A DNA stretch of 64,000 bases from Bacillota bacterium (lineage in GTDB: Bacteria > Bacillota > SHA-98 > Ch115), in assembly GCA_013178415.1 (NCBI GenBank), contig JABLXA010000005.1, positions 71,369-135,368 on the forward strand, read 5' to 3'. Below are positions 41,850 through 51,786 of the stretch, piece by piece (position 1 is the stretch's first letter; every line of letters begins with the position of its first letter). The notes below the pieces were generated by a model, which saw only the letters and a list, made by a program, of their open reading frames with translations, searched no databases and had not been told where the DNA came from. Made by a program: the position numbers and the translations under genes.

Positions 41850-43114
41850 ACTCCCCGAATCCTGACATTCCTTGACAACCAGATACGTAAGAGATTTAGG
41901 GCAGCCCGCGCTGATCTTTCCTTTATGGTCTCACGGTCTCCAACAAGGAAAAATCTCGATGACATGGCATCATTTCGCGAAGTCAAGGCGACGAACACAA
42001 GGCCAACGGGTTTCCCCGGGGTCGCGCCTGAAGGGCCTGCTATCCCTGTGGTGGCGATACCCACATCAGCCGAAGATGCCCTCATGACACCCCTCGCCAT
42101 AGCCAGGGCACACTCCCGGCTGACAGCCCCATACTTGGCTATGATCTCATGAGGCACCCCTAATATCTCCTCTTTCGCCGAATTACTGTAACTTACCACG
42201 CCGAGCAAGAAAGCCTGTGATACACCAGGGACATTGGTCAACCTGTGAGATATCAACCCGCCCGTGCACGATTCTGCTACTGCCACCTTGATGTTGTTCC
42301 TTATTGCGAGCTCCGCGACAACTGCCTCGAGAGTCTCATCGTCCACCCCCATCACCGCGTCCCCCAGGCGCCTCCGGATCTCCTGCTCAATAGGCTCGAT
42401 CAGGGCCTGAGCCTCCCTCTGATCAGAGGCCCTGGCCGTCAGTCTGAGACGCACCTCCCCGGGATAAGCCAGAGGGGCTATCGTAGGGTTTGTCTGTTTC
42501 TGGATCAGATCCATGATTTCATTTTCTACTGCCGATTCCCCTATCCCAGTGATCTTCAATGTCCTAGAATATATAATTCCAGCCTCGCCGCGCTCCGCCA
42601 GCCTTTGCTTGAGATATGGAACCACAGACTGCTCAAACATCGTCTTCATCTCACTAGGAACTCCGGGAAGCAGAATGACCGCCTTCTGTCCATCCTCAAA
42701 CAAAACGCCAGGCGCTGTCCCCACGGGATTGGGAATGGGACGCGCTCCCTTGGGCAATTCGGCCTGACGCAGGTTATTGGGTGTCATAGCCCTCCCCATC
42801 CTGGCAAAGCGGTCCTGGATCTCCTTTGCCAGCGATTGATCAAGCACGAGTTCCCTGCCGGTAACCCTCGATAGCGCTTCCTTAGTGATATCATCGCCGG
42901 TGGGTCCGAGCCCGCCAGTGACGATGACCACATCCGACCGTGCCATGACAGTCCGCAAAACCTCTGTGATCCGTCCCAGGTTGTCACCTACCGAAGACTT
43001 GAAGTATAGATTGACTCCCAGCTCTGATAGACGCGTTCCGATGTAAGCGGAATTCGTGTCAATTACATGGCCCAGCAAGAGTTCGGTGCCCACGGTGATA
43101 ATTTCTGCATTCAT
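41846..43114 (-). CDS. cinA: Competence/damage-inducible protein CinA (MoCF domain plus NMN deamidase)
   Basis: GTELLLG...DTN, GGLGPT.DD.T, PGVP.EM, AESCTGG, GAVS and TGIAGP motifs. Start at ATG 43114 behind GGAGG. Confidence 0.95.
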   Translation of the reverse strand: MNAEIITVGTELLLGHVIDTNSAYIGTRLSELGVNLYFKSSVGDNLGRITEVLRTVMARSDVVIVTGGLGPTGDDITKEALSRVTGRELVLDQSLAKEIQDRFARMGRAMTPNNLRQAELPKGARPIPNPVGTAPGVLFEDGQKAVILLPGVPSEMKTMFEQSVVPYLKQRLAERGEAGIIYSRTLKITGIGESAVENEIMDLIQKQTNPTIAPLAYPGEVRLRLTARASDQREAQALIEPIEQEIRRRLGDAVMGVDDETLEAVVAELAIRNNIKVAVAESCTGGLISHRLTNVPGVSQAFLLGVVSYSNSAKEEILGVPHEIIAKYGAVSRECALAMARGVMRASSADVGIATTGIAGPSGATPGKPVGLVFVALTSRNDAMSSRFFLVGDRETIKERSARAALNLLRIWLSRNVRIRGV

Positions 43115-43204
43115 ATGATTATGCGCCTCCTGTTTCTTGAGGAACAACTGTCCTTGGCGCTTTTGATTCTTCATTTCAAAGCGGTATCCTGCATGCCGCA
43201 GTCT

Positions 43205-44707
43205 TCAACAACTGCTTATAGAGGCAAGTTCCGCTCTCACATCATCGCCTTCAAGTCTCTCACTTTCTAGCAGCTGATGCGCGAGTCTCTCGACTGCAGG
43301 CCACGATCTTATCAGGATCTGTTTCGCCCTCTGGTCGAGGTCTGCGATCATCTCACTTACTACCTCGTGCTGCAGCTTCTGAGGGACATCCTTGAAACCG
43401 ACGATTCCCAGAGGGGACATTCCTGCCGATATGATCTCCTTTGCTATATTTAGGGCATGTTCATAGTCGCCTTTTGCCCCAGTGCTTCTCTCCCCAAAGG
43501 CTATTTCCTCACATACGGCGCCTGCGAGAGCTATGACGATTTGATTCTCAAGCTCACATTTGGTGTAAAGGTATCTATCGTCCTGCTGCGCTTGACGCAT
43601 ATAGCCCATCGCGTTTCCCCTGGGTGTTACAGTGACTGATTTCACAGAACCTGCCTGCAGGGTTTCGCTCACTACTGCATGGCCTATTTCATGGTAGCTA
43701 ACGCGCTCCAACTCCGCCTGCGCTGGACGCCGGTCGAGTTTCTCTCCCAGCATGACCTTTTCAAGGGCCTCCTTGAACTCCTCCCTGCCGATCTCATCCT
43801 TGCCTTGACGCATAGCTAGAATCGCAGCCTCGTTTGTAAGGCTTTCAAGGTGAGCCCCAGAAAACCCAAAGGTTTCACGGGCGATATCCTCCAGATTCAC
43901 ATCCGCCGCAAGGGGTTTACCCCTGGTATGAATATTCAATATGGAAAGCCTGCCGTCTTTATCTGGAAGATCCGCTTTCACTACCCTATCGAATCGACCG
44001 GGGCGAAGTAAAGCAGGGTCAAGCAGATCGACCCGATTCGTGGCGCCAATGACGAGTATCCTTACCCTGTCATCAATGGTAAGCCCATCCATCTCCACCA
44101 GGAGTTGATTCAACGTCTGATCATACTCGAGGTGGCTGCTATGCTGACCACGCTTCCCGCCAAGGATCTCTATTTCATCTATGAATATGACCGCGCTGGT
44201 CTTGTGTTTCGCCTCGGCCATAGATCTCGCCTTGGCGAAGAGCTGCCGGACTCTTTGGGCCCCAACTCCTGCGTACATCTCAATGAATTCGGAGCCCGAG
44301 GCAGAAATGAATACGGAACCCATGAAACCCGCGGCAGCCTTGGCAAGGAGGGTTTTGCCCGTGCCCGGGGGTCCTGTAAGAAGGATCCCCTTGAGGGGCC
44401 GTATCCCCAGATGCTTCACCTTGTCTATATTCCTTACAAACTCCAGCGCTTCTAGCAGCTCCCTTTTTGCAACCTCCTGCCCGCCGATATCATCAAATGA
44501 AACCAGAGGGCAGTCCTTCATTTCATCTCCTGAATTCACTACCTTGAACCTCTTCCCTATAGCTCCTCCGAGCTGCATGTGCAAAAGCAAGACCGCTGCT
44601 CCGGCCAATACCAGCAATGGAACGATGTTGATCCCGCCCCAGGCTAGAAATGCCAACAACCCGAGAGCGCAACCTATGCCTATTTCACGACCATATCTTT
44701 TCACCAA
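43205..44707 (-). CDS. FtsH-like membrane AAA+ zinc metalloprotease (short N-terminus)
   Basis: Walker A GPPGTGKT, Walker B IFIDE, SRH ATNR.D.LDPALLRPGRFDR and HEIGH zinc motif. Two short TMs with no extracytoplasmic domain. Confidence 0.9.
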   Translation of the reverse strand: MVKRYGREIGIGCALGLLAFLAWGGINIVPLLVLAGAAVLLLHMQLGGAIGKRFKVVNSGDEMKDCPLVSFDDIGGQEVAKRELLEALEFVRNIDKVKHLGIRPLKGILLTGPPGTGKTLLAKAAAGFMGSVFISASGSEFIEMYAGVGAQRVRQLFAKARSMAEAKHKTSAVIFIDEIEILGGKRGQHSSHLEYDQTLNQLLVEMDGLTIDDRVRILVIGATNRVDLLDPALLRPGRFDRVVKADLPDKDGRLSILNIHTRGKPLAADVNLEDIARETFGFSGAHLESLTNEAAILAMRQGKDEIGREEFKEALEKVMLGEKLDRRPAQAELERVSYHEIGHAVVSETLQAGSVKSVTVTPRGNAMGYMRQAQQDDRYLYTKCELENQIVIALAGAVCEEIAFGERSTGAKGDYEHALNIAKEIISAGMSPLGIVGFKDVPQKLQHEVVSEMIADLDQRAKQILIRSWPAVERLAHQLLESERLEGDDVRAELASISSC

Positions 44708-45294
44708 AGGCTAGAACCTCCCTTTTGCCCGGGGGAGGCGCCCACCGGAGGGCCCGACTGGCGCGCTGGCGCCAGGTACGAATATCGAGGCACCACCTGG
44801 TAAAGATGATGTCCGTCCTTTTCAAGCTGAACATACACGTTGTCTCTATCAACAGATACACCGAATTTCTGGATCCCATGACGTTCAGCCGTGGCTGTAA
44901 GCCTGGCGTTCATCATGGTGAAATCGCCCTGCATGATGGCTTCTTCTATCGCGAAATGCATCTCATGGTATACATTCATAAGCAAAGCGTCGCGATTGTC
45001 TGCGATTGAAAGCTCTACAGACCTTCCACCAGAAATCGCTTGAAGCCCATCCATCAGATCCCTGTAAGCCGCGCCAAGGTCTTCGCCCTCCTTGAGCTTG
45101 ACACTTATATCGATCTTCCCTCCGGTCTCAGAGATCTTGTAATCTGCCACGTGTGGATTCGCCTCCAGGAAACCACGTAAGGGGCGATCCACCTTGACCA
45201 TATAATTGAGATTAGACGCCGCCACCAGCAGCGTGAAGGTCAAGGCGAAGGCCAGCACGATTATTGAAATGTCGAGTCCTTTGATCTTCCTCAC
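44701..45294 (-). CDS. Hypothetical single-TM exported protein coupled to the FtsH-like gene
   Basis: N-terminal TM; overlaps the start of the AAA gene. GTG 45294 lies behind GGGGTG. Confidence 0.72.
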   Translation of the reverse strand: MRKIKGLDISIIVLAFALTFTLLVAASNLNYMVKVDRPLRGFLEANPHVADYKISETGGKIDISVKLKEGEDLGAAYRDLMDGLQAISGGRSVELSIADNRDALLMNVYHEMHFAIEEAIMQGDFTMMNARLTATAERHGIQKFGVSVDRDNVYVQLEKDGHHLYQVVPRYSYLAPARQSGPPVGASPGQKGGSSLW

Positions 45295-45360
45295 GGCGTA
45301 CACCCCGACGAGAACATTTGCCCAGCTAAAGGGCACTTTTTACAGTAAAATTATAACATA

Positions 45361-45385
45361 AGGCCCCCCGATACGCGAGGGGCCT
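45361..45385 (-). terminator. Hairpin after rpe (probable terminator)
   Basis: AGGCCCC...GGGGCCT stem followed on the minus strand by TATGTT, then TATAAT (possible -10 for the next gene). Confidence 0.55.
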
Positions 45386-45429
45386 GACCGATCCAAAACA
45401 CTCCAGATAGTGTAGGGGATCCCATTAGT

Positions 45430-46173
45430 CTATAATATGATGGAAAGGGCTCTCTCACCCGCTTGCCGAAGTTCCTCTACTGCTTTGCGGGGATCAGCAG
45501 CCCCAAAAACGGATGTGCCGGCAACCAATATCCTGGCCCCGGCCTTTACCACGGCAGGCGCGGTTCCCATCGCGATCCCACCATCTACTTCTATCAAAGC
45601 AGGCGATCCCACGCGCGCGAGCATTTTCTTTACATCACAAATCTTGGGCACCATGGATTCAATGAATCTCTGACCGCCAAATCCAGGTTCCACCGTCATA
45701 ACAAGCACGACGTCCACCAGGTCGAGAACATGTTGAATAGCACACGCCGGCGTAGCCGGATTCAGCGCGACACCTGCTTTCATGCCTTTCTGCTTGATGC
45801 CCTCTAGCAAACGATAGAGATGATCAGTGGCCTCAGCGTGGACAGTGAGGATATCGCTTCCCGCCTCAGCAAAGGCCTCTATGTAATTTTCTGGTTGTTC
45901 GATCATAAGATGAACATCCATAACCATGGGTTTAGGGATCACGCGCCTCAAGGAAGCGACCACTGGCGGCCCTATGGTGATATTGGGCACAAATCGCCCA
46001 TCCATGACATCCACATGTATCATATCAGCTGATGAGACCTTCTCGATTTCCGAAGCCAGCATCGCGAAATTGGCCGACAAGATGGAAGGAGCAATCTTGA
46101 CATGGTTGGAAGTAAAGATCCTGTCATTCAAGAACGTTGCGGCCCCCCTTTCCTTTGTCATACTTCTTTTCAT
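45430..46173 (-). CDS. rpe: Ribulose-phosphate 3-epimerase
   Basis: IAPSILSA, HVDVMDG.FVPN, DVHLM, MTVEPGFGGQ and EVDGG motifs. The real start may be TTG 46131. Confidence 0.96.
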   Translation of the reverse strand: MKRSMTKERGAATFLNDRIFTSNHVKIAPSILSANFAMLASEIEKVSSADMIHVDVMDGRFVPNITIGPPVVASLRRVIPKPMVMDVHLMIEQPENYIEAFAEAGSDILTVHAEATDHLYRLLEGIKQKGMKAGVALNPATPACAIQHVLDLVDVVLVMTVEPGFGGQRFIESMVPKICDVKKMLARVGSPALIEVDGGIAMGTAPAVVKAGARILVAGTSVFGAADPRKAVEELRQAGERALSIIL

Positions 46174-47038
46174 ATCCGATCGCAGAGATCTCCTCGAGGA
46201 ACTGGATATAATGGTCGTATCGTGAACGGGCTATCTCCCCGGATTGCAGCGCCGCCCTCACCGCGCAATCGGGTTCCCGGTAATGCAGGCACCCCAGAAA
46301 TCTACAAAGCCCTTCATATCTTAGAAATTCCGGAAAGTAGAACCTCAGTTCCTCTTTTTCGATTCCGTCAAGAGAGAGCTTGCTGAACCCCGGGGTATCC
46401 ACTAAAAAGCCCCCCGCCTGAAGAGCAAGCAGCTGAGCGTGTCTTGTGGTATGCCGGCCTCTTCCCAGCTTTTCGCTGATCTCACCAGTCTCGAGGGTGA
46501 GGCCTGGTTCTATGGCATTCGCCAGCGCAGACTTCCCGACCCCGGAAGGACCCGCAAAGACCGAAATCTTACCCTTAAGAAAAGATCTTAATCTCTTAAC
46601 CCCTTTTCCCGTCATGGCACTGGTCACCAGAGCGGTATAACCAGCCTTTCGATATGGGCGGGCTATCTTCCGGCCCATATACTCAGATACAAGATCAGCC
46701 TTGTTGAAACAAAGAATCGCCCCGACCCCTTCCCTACCGACCACCACCAAAAGCCGGTCCAGAAGGTTCAAATCGGGTTCGGGCTGGGTCAGGGCACAGA
46801 CTATAACCGCCTGGTCTACATTGGCTACCCTTGGACGGATGAGCTCAGACTTTCTTGGGAGGACCGTCTCGATCACGCCGACGCCAGGCCTTACCTCTTC
46901 CCCTTGAACACGATCTCCGACCGTCACGATGGTATCATCTTTGCGCAATCGGCCCCGCAATGAGCATACAAATTGGCCAGATTCGGACTGGACTGTATAG
47001 TATCCTGATGTAGCCTTGATTACGATACCTTCAAACAT
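46124..47038 (-). CDS. rsgA: Ribosome small-subunit-dependent GTPase A
   Basis: OB fold, NKAD, GPSGVGKS, GRHTT, DTPG and CRF..C.H..EP.C zinc finger. Confidence 0.95.
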   Translation of the reverse strand: MFEGIVIKATSGYYTVQSESGQFVCSLRGRLRKDDTIVTVGDRVQGEEVRPGVGVIETVLPRKSELIRPRVANVDQAVIVCALTQPEPDLNLLDRLLVVVGREGVGAILCFNKADLVSEYMGRKIARPYRKAGYTALVTSAMTGKGVKRLRSFLKGKISVFAGPSGVGKSALANAIEPGLTLETGEISEKLGRGRHTTRHAQLLALQAGGFLVDTPGFSKLSLDGIEKEELRFYFPEFLRYEGLCRFLGCLHYREPDCAVRAALQSGEIARSRYDHYIQFLEEISAIGYEKKYDKGKGGRNVLE

Positions 47039-47053
47039 ACAAGCCCTGCCTGA

Positions 47054-48991
47054 TCACCCCTGCGGGTGGATTTCCTCATCCTTGAATAATACGCCATCAA
47101 TGAATACCTTGACGTGGATGTTGTCACCATATCCTACTACATGCTGCTCAACTCGTTCGCCAGGCGACGCAAAGGATCTGAAAACCTCGCGTTCCCCGTA
47201 GAAATCATCTACCTTTATCACTACCTCTTGCGAGGATTTTCCCTGGGGAACCGTAACTGTTACCCAGGTCACTGTCGGGGTGGTGGCCGCATCCCGTCCT
47301 TGGGTCGCAAACCCTGGTGTCGTCCCCTGAGGCCTTGAGACAACAAGATCTACACTGCTCTGCGGCTGGACCATGCTTCCTGACTCAGGGTATTGCTGCA
47401 CTACCTCACCGTCCGGCCTTCCTGCGTCCGCCTTGCTCAACTCAGAGCCTACCACGAGTCCCGCAGCCTCGATAGCCTTTTTGGCCGAATCTATATTCAT
47501 CCCCACGACATTAGGCACCTGGACGCCGGGGGGCATCGGCCCTTTACTTATCACTATATCGACGGGCAACCCCCTTTCCAAACGCTGACCAGGATCCGGC
47601 ACCTGCCCAATGATAGCGCCCGCCTGCATATCAGGGCTATAATCCTCGGTTTTCGTTCCCATAGCTAACCCCGCCCTTTCTAGGGCCAGCTGGGCTTCAC
47701 GCACAGTGAGACCAACCAGATCAGGGACAGAGACCATCTCTTTACCTTGACTTACGATCACCCTCACCTTGGTATTGATCTTTACCTTTGTCCCAGCCTT
47801 CGGGCTCTGGGAAATGATATGGTTAACCTCGACTTTATCATCATACCTGGTATCGGCCACTTCGAGCGCGAGTTGACTCTGCGGCAATAAGAGCCTTGCC
47901 TCATCCAGATTCTTGCCGGTTATATCCGGCACTTCAGTCTCGGGGACATATAGTATGGAAGGAAGCTTGAGAAGTCCAAAAACAGTCCCTGAGACCAGGA
48001 TAAGAAAGAAGGTGACCACAGCAACAGCAAGGCCGCCACGTCTCCTTGGCCTGGCCACCTGATCAGGTCTCTTGACGGCCGTGCTTCCGGACTCCAGACT
48101 TTCCCGCCACCTGCGCAGGTCTTCTCCTGTCATGATAGCTGTCGGGGCTTCATCATCTATCGAAGCAATATCAGGAGGAGTGGCAAATGGATCAAGGGCT
48201 CGTGCCATATCCTCAGCTGTCTTGAATCTCTTGGATGGATCCTTCTCCAACGCCCGCATCACCACTCGTTCCAACCCTTCAGGGACATCAGGGTTCAAGG
48301 TACGGGGTGGGACAGGCTTTTCCTGGATATGCTGAATAGCCACTGCAATAGGGCTATCTCCCCGGAAGGGCACACGCCCGCAAAGCATTTCATAGAGGAC
48401 GATCCCGAGGGAATAGATGTCTGATTGTGGTGAAACTTGTCCCCCCCTAGCCTGCTCGGGAGAAAAGTAGCTTACTGTCCCTATTACAGTGCCCGTTTCC
48501 GTAATCGTGTTGGTGCTTGCAGCATGCGCTATGCCGAAGTCAGCGACCTTGACCATGCCATCCTGAGTTACAAGGATGTTATGGGGTTTGACATCACGAT
48601 GAACGATATTGTTTCTATGGGCATGTTCCAGCGCATGACAGATCTCCCGGGCAATCCAGGCGGCATAACCGGGAGGGATGCATCCCTCCCGCTTTATGAT
48701 CTCTTTCAAGGTGGCGCCCTTCACATATTCCATCACAATATAATGCTTATCCCCATCCCGTCCAACGTCATAGATATTGACCACATTTGGATGGGACAGG
48801 CTTGCAGCCGCCCTGCCCTCACGCCGAAAACGTTCCACAAACTCTTCGTCACAAGCAAATTGCGGCCTTAATATCTTGAGTGCGACAATGCGATTGAGAA
48901 CCGAACACCTAGCTTTATAAACCTCGGCCATACCTCCTTCGCCGAGTTTCTCTAATATTGTATATCTCCCTCCTAAGATCTGACCAACCAC
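47054..48991 (-). CDS. pknB: PASTA-domain Ser/Thr kinase PrkC/PknB
   Basis: LGEGGMAEVY, VALK, HRDVKPHN, DFG and SPEQ; TM and three PASTA repeats. Confidence 0.96.
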   Translation of the reverse strand: MVGQILGGRYTILEKLGEGGMAEVYKARCSVLNRIVALKILRPQFACDEEFVERFRREGRAAASLSHPNVVNIYDVGRDGDKHYIVMEYVKGATLKEIIKREGCIPPGYAAWIAREICHALEHAHRNNIVHRDVKPHNILVTQDGMVKVADFGIAHAASTNTITETGTVIGTVSYFSPEQARGGQVSPQSDIYSLGIVLYEMLCGRVPFRGDSPIAVAIQHIQEKPVPPRTLNPDVPEGLERVVMRALEKDPSKRFKTAEDMARALDPFATPPDIASIDDEAPTAIMTGEDLRRWRESLESGSTAVKRPDQVARPRRRGGLAVAVVTFFLILVSGTVFGLLKLPSILYVPETEVPDITGKNLDEARLLLPQSQLALEVADTRYDDKVEVNHIISQSPKAGTKVKINTKVRVIVSQGKEMVSVPDLVGLTVREAQLALERAGLAMGTKTEDYSPDMQAGAIIGQVPDPGQRLERGLPVDIVISKGPMPPGVQVPNVVGMNIDSAKKAIEAAGLVVGSELSKADAGRPDGEVVQQYPESGSMVQPQSSVDLVVSRPQGTTPGFATQGRDAATTPTVTWVTVTVPQGKSSQEVVIKVDDFYGEREVFRSFASPGERVEQHVVGYGDNIHVKVFIDGVLFKDEEIHPQG

Positions 48992-49047
48992 ATCCAGTCA
49001 CCATCCTTATGCCACGCAGGGGTCCTTGTATCTTCATGCGTGGGGGT

Positions 49048-51786
49048 CTATGACTTTTCTAGGATGCCAACCTGCTCAAGCCAGTATTTCATCAATTCTC
49101 TAGCTATTGGGGCTGCCACGAGCCCACCTGAGCCCCCATTCTCCACCACAACGGACACCGCAATCTGTGGGTCACGGGCAGGCGCAAAACCGATGAACCA
49201 GGCATGGGGCGGACCTGCTGGATTCTGTGCCGTTCCGGTTTTGCCAGCCACCTCGATACCTGGAATCGCGGCTAGCCTCCCTGTACCTTTCGAAACCACA
49301 TCAACCATCATATCACGAATCACCCCGGTAGCGGTAATGGAAGATACCCGCCTGAAATGAGGCCCAATCTTCGCAGCCGAACCAGGCCGGCGTCCGTGTG
49401 GCACTATATCCATGATTATTCTAGGTTCTGGCATCATCCCACCCATTGAGATAGCCGCGGCCACCTGAGCCATAAACAGTGGGGTCACCAGTGTCTCTCC
49501 CTGCCCTATGCCGCTCTCGGCTATGAGACTCCTGGACATGGCCTTCTCCAAAGGGAACCTGGGAGCTGATGCCGGTATTTCTAGAGTTGGCTTCATATGG
49601 AAACCCCATGCTTTCATGGCCTCTTTGAGCGTTGCCTCACCGCATATCTCGGCGATCTCTACAAACGCGACATTGCATGAGCGGGCCAGGGCCATATCCA
49701 GGGTTACCTTTCCATGCCCCTTGCCGTTCCCGCCGGGACCAGGGCAAGATATGACCTGCCCGTCAATCATGATGCTTCCGTTACATTCAAAGGTATCATC
49801 AGCCCTGATCTTGCCTGCATCAAGAGCTGCTATCGCGATAATGGGCTTTAAAGCTGAACCAGGTGGATAGAGCCCTTGAGTAGCCCTATTCAGCAAGGCC
49901 CTCCTTGGGTCGCTCGCGAGCTCATTCCAGGTTTCATCAAGCCTGCATGGATCAAAACCAGGCTCGCTCACACAAGCAAGTATATCCCCTGTGGCTGGAA
50001 AAATGGCCACTATTGCGCCTGGCCTGCCCCGGAGCAGTCTCTCACCTAATTTTTGGAGACCGAGGTCGATGGTGAGAAGAACATCTTTTCCTCGATGCGG
50101 CGGCTGGATCAGAAAATCATCCAGGCCGAGAAGCTCCTTGTTATATGCGGCCTCTATGCCGCTTTTCCCATACCTCGAATGACTATATCCAATGACCTGC
50201 GCAAGAGACTCGGGCACGGTATATCTCCTGATAGGTTTATCTCCTATGACCTCTGAAAACGCAAGGATCTCCCCCCGGCGCGCAAGGATCGAACCCCTTA
50301 TGATCCTTTCTTCCGCGCGCGCCATTCTAGGGTTCTGTGGATCCGCGGCTAGATAGCGGAAACCTGCGCCAGCATAATAGGCCATCACGACAGCGACTAT
50401 GGCAAGTCCACCTGCAGTGAAACCCAAAAACCTCCGGCATGCCTCTTGTATCCCGGGACGGTCGTATCCAGCTTGTTCAACTGCCCCGCTACCCACGCCC
50501 CCAATCCTCGCCAAGATTCCCAGCGCCCCGAAGCATGTTACCATGGAGCTTCCGCCATAGCTGATGAAGGGAGTCGTAACTCCTGTCATAGGAATGATCC
50601 TGAAAACCCCGCCCAATATGATGAGTGTCTGCAGGGAAAATAAGACGCTTATCCCCCCGGCCAAAAGGGCCCCAAATTCGTCAGAGGAGTTCATCGCCCG
50701 GCCAATTCCTTCGGCTGCAAGATAGAAGTATGCCATTAATACCGGAGCTCCCACGATGATGCCAAACTCCTCTAGCAGCGCAGAGAATATGAAGTCCGTC
50801 TCCACTGCCGGTATGGCACGGGGCAGTCCCGCTCCTGGTCCAACTCCTGTGATGCCTCCGGCAGCGATAGCATAGAGTGATTGAATCATCTGGTAACCGG
50901 CTCCCTTGGGGTCTCTCCAGGGATTCAGCCAGACGAGAACACGGTTTCGCACGTGCCCAAAGAGGAGATAGCTCAAAACTCCTCCACAGGCTATCAAAAA
51001 CAGGCCCAGCGCCAAATAAGATGATCTGCCGCTGGCAAGGTAGAGCATCGAAAGATAGACAGCGAATAGCAACAGGGCCGTGCCGAGGTCGCGTTGGAAC
51101 ATAAGGAGCAAAAGGGAGATTCCCCATATGAGAAACATGGGTCCCACATACCCAATCTCTGGCACGAGAACCCCCATTATCCGGCGAGTAGGCGCAGATA
51201 AAAGCCTTCGCGCCTCTGTCAGATACCCGGCTAAGAATATTACCATCAGGGGTTTGGCAGGTTCCGATGGCTCAAGGCTCACCCCGAAGAGCTGGACCCA
51301 GGACTTAGCGCCTCCTATTTCGCGTCCGAAAAGAGGGCCAAGCGCCAAGAGAATGCAAGCAGCCACTCCTATGACATACCGGTATTGCTGCAGCCACGTA
51401 TAGTCTCTTGCCACGCTGGCAACGATGAAGAATACGGCCAGACCGAGGGATATCCATGATAATTGACGCCATATGAGATCCGGCCTCAATCGATATATCT
51501 CAAATAAGCTGATACCACAGAGAAATATGGCGATAGGCAGCAGCGCCTTATCCCTTACCTTGAGCACCTTTTCCTCGATGCTAAGGGCTATAAGGGATGC
51601 CAAGGCAAATATGACCGGTATTGTCCAGTGCCAGCCATCCCCCGTGGCCCCCTGGGCTATCTTTACGCAGATAAAACCTATTGTTCCGGGGAGTATGCAC
51701 AGTCCTGCCAGATTCCATCCGGCAACCTTCCCATTAGACCATAGACCCAACTTCAAGACCCCCGCGCCATCGCATATGCGGTTCAA
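49048..51786 (-). CDS. RodA/FtsW SEDS glycosyltransferase fused to a PbpA-type class B transpeptidase
   Basis: N-terminal half: GAKSW, PSEPAK, QRDLGT, TDFIF, P.TGVT.PFISYGGSS. C-terminal half: TM, RGSI..R.G, YPPGSALK (SxxK), SCN, KTGT. One uninterrupted 912-aa ORF. Confidence 0.92.
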   Translation of the reverse strand: MNRICDGAGVLKLGLWSNGKVAGWNLAGLCILPGTIGFICVKIAQGATGDGWHWTIPVIFALASLIALSIEEKVLKVRDKALLPIAIFLCGISLFEIYRLRPDLIWRQLSWISLGLAVFFIVASVARDYTWLQQYRYVIGVAACILLALGPLFGREIGGAKSWVQLFGVSLEPSEPAKPLMVIFLAGYLTEARRLLSAPTRRIMGVLVPEIGYVGPMFLIWGISLLLLMFQRDLGTALLLFAVYLSMLYLASGRSSYLALGLFLIACGGVLSYLLFGHVRNRVLVWLNPWRDPKGAGYQMIQSLYAIAAGGITGVGPGAGLPRAIPAVETDFIFSALLEEFGIIVGAPVLMAYFYLAAEGIGRAMNSSDEFGALLAGGISVLFSLQTLIILGGVFRIIPMTGVTTPFISYGGSSMVTCFGALGILARIGGVGSGAVEQAGYDRPGIQEACRRFLGFTAGGLAIVAVVMAYYAGAGFRYLAADPQNPRMARAEERIIRGSILARRGEILAFSEVIGDKPIRRYTVPESLAQVIGYSHSRYGKSGIEAAYNKELLGLDDFLIQPPHRGKDVLLTIDLGLQKLGERLLRGRPGAIVAIFPATGDILACVSEPGFDPCRLDETWNELASDPRRALLNRATQGLYPPGSALKPIIAIAALDAGKIRADDTFECNGSIMIDGQVISCPGPGGNGKGHGKVTLDMALARSCNVAFVEIAEICGEATLKEAMKAWGFHMKPTLEIPASAPRFPLEKAMSRSLIAESGIGQGETLVTPLFMAQVAAAISMGGMMPEPRIIMDIVPHGRRPGSAAKIGPHFRRVSSITATGVIRDMMVDVVSKGTGRLAAIPGIEVAGKTGTAQNPAGPPHAWFIGFAPARDPQIAVSVVVENGGSGGLVAAPIARELMKYWLEQVGILEKS

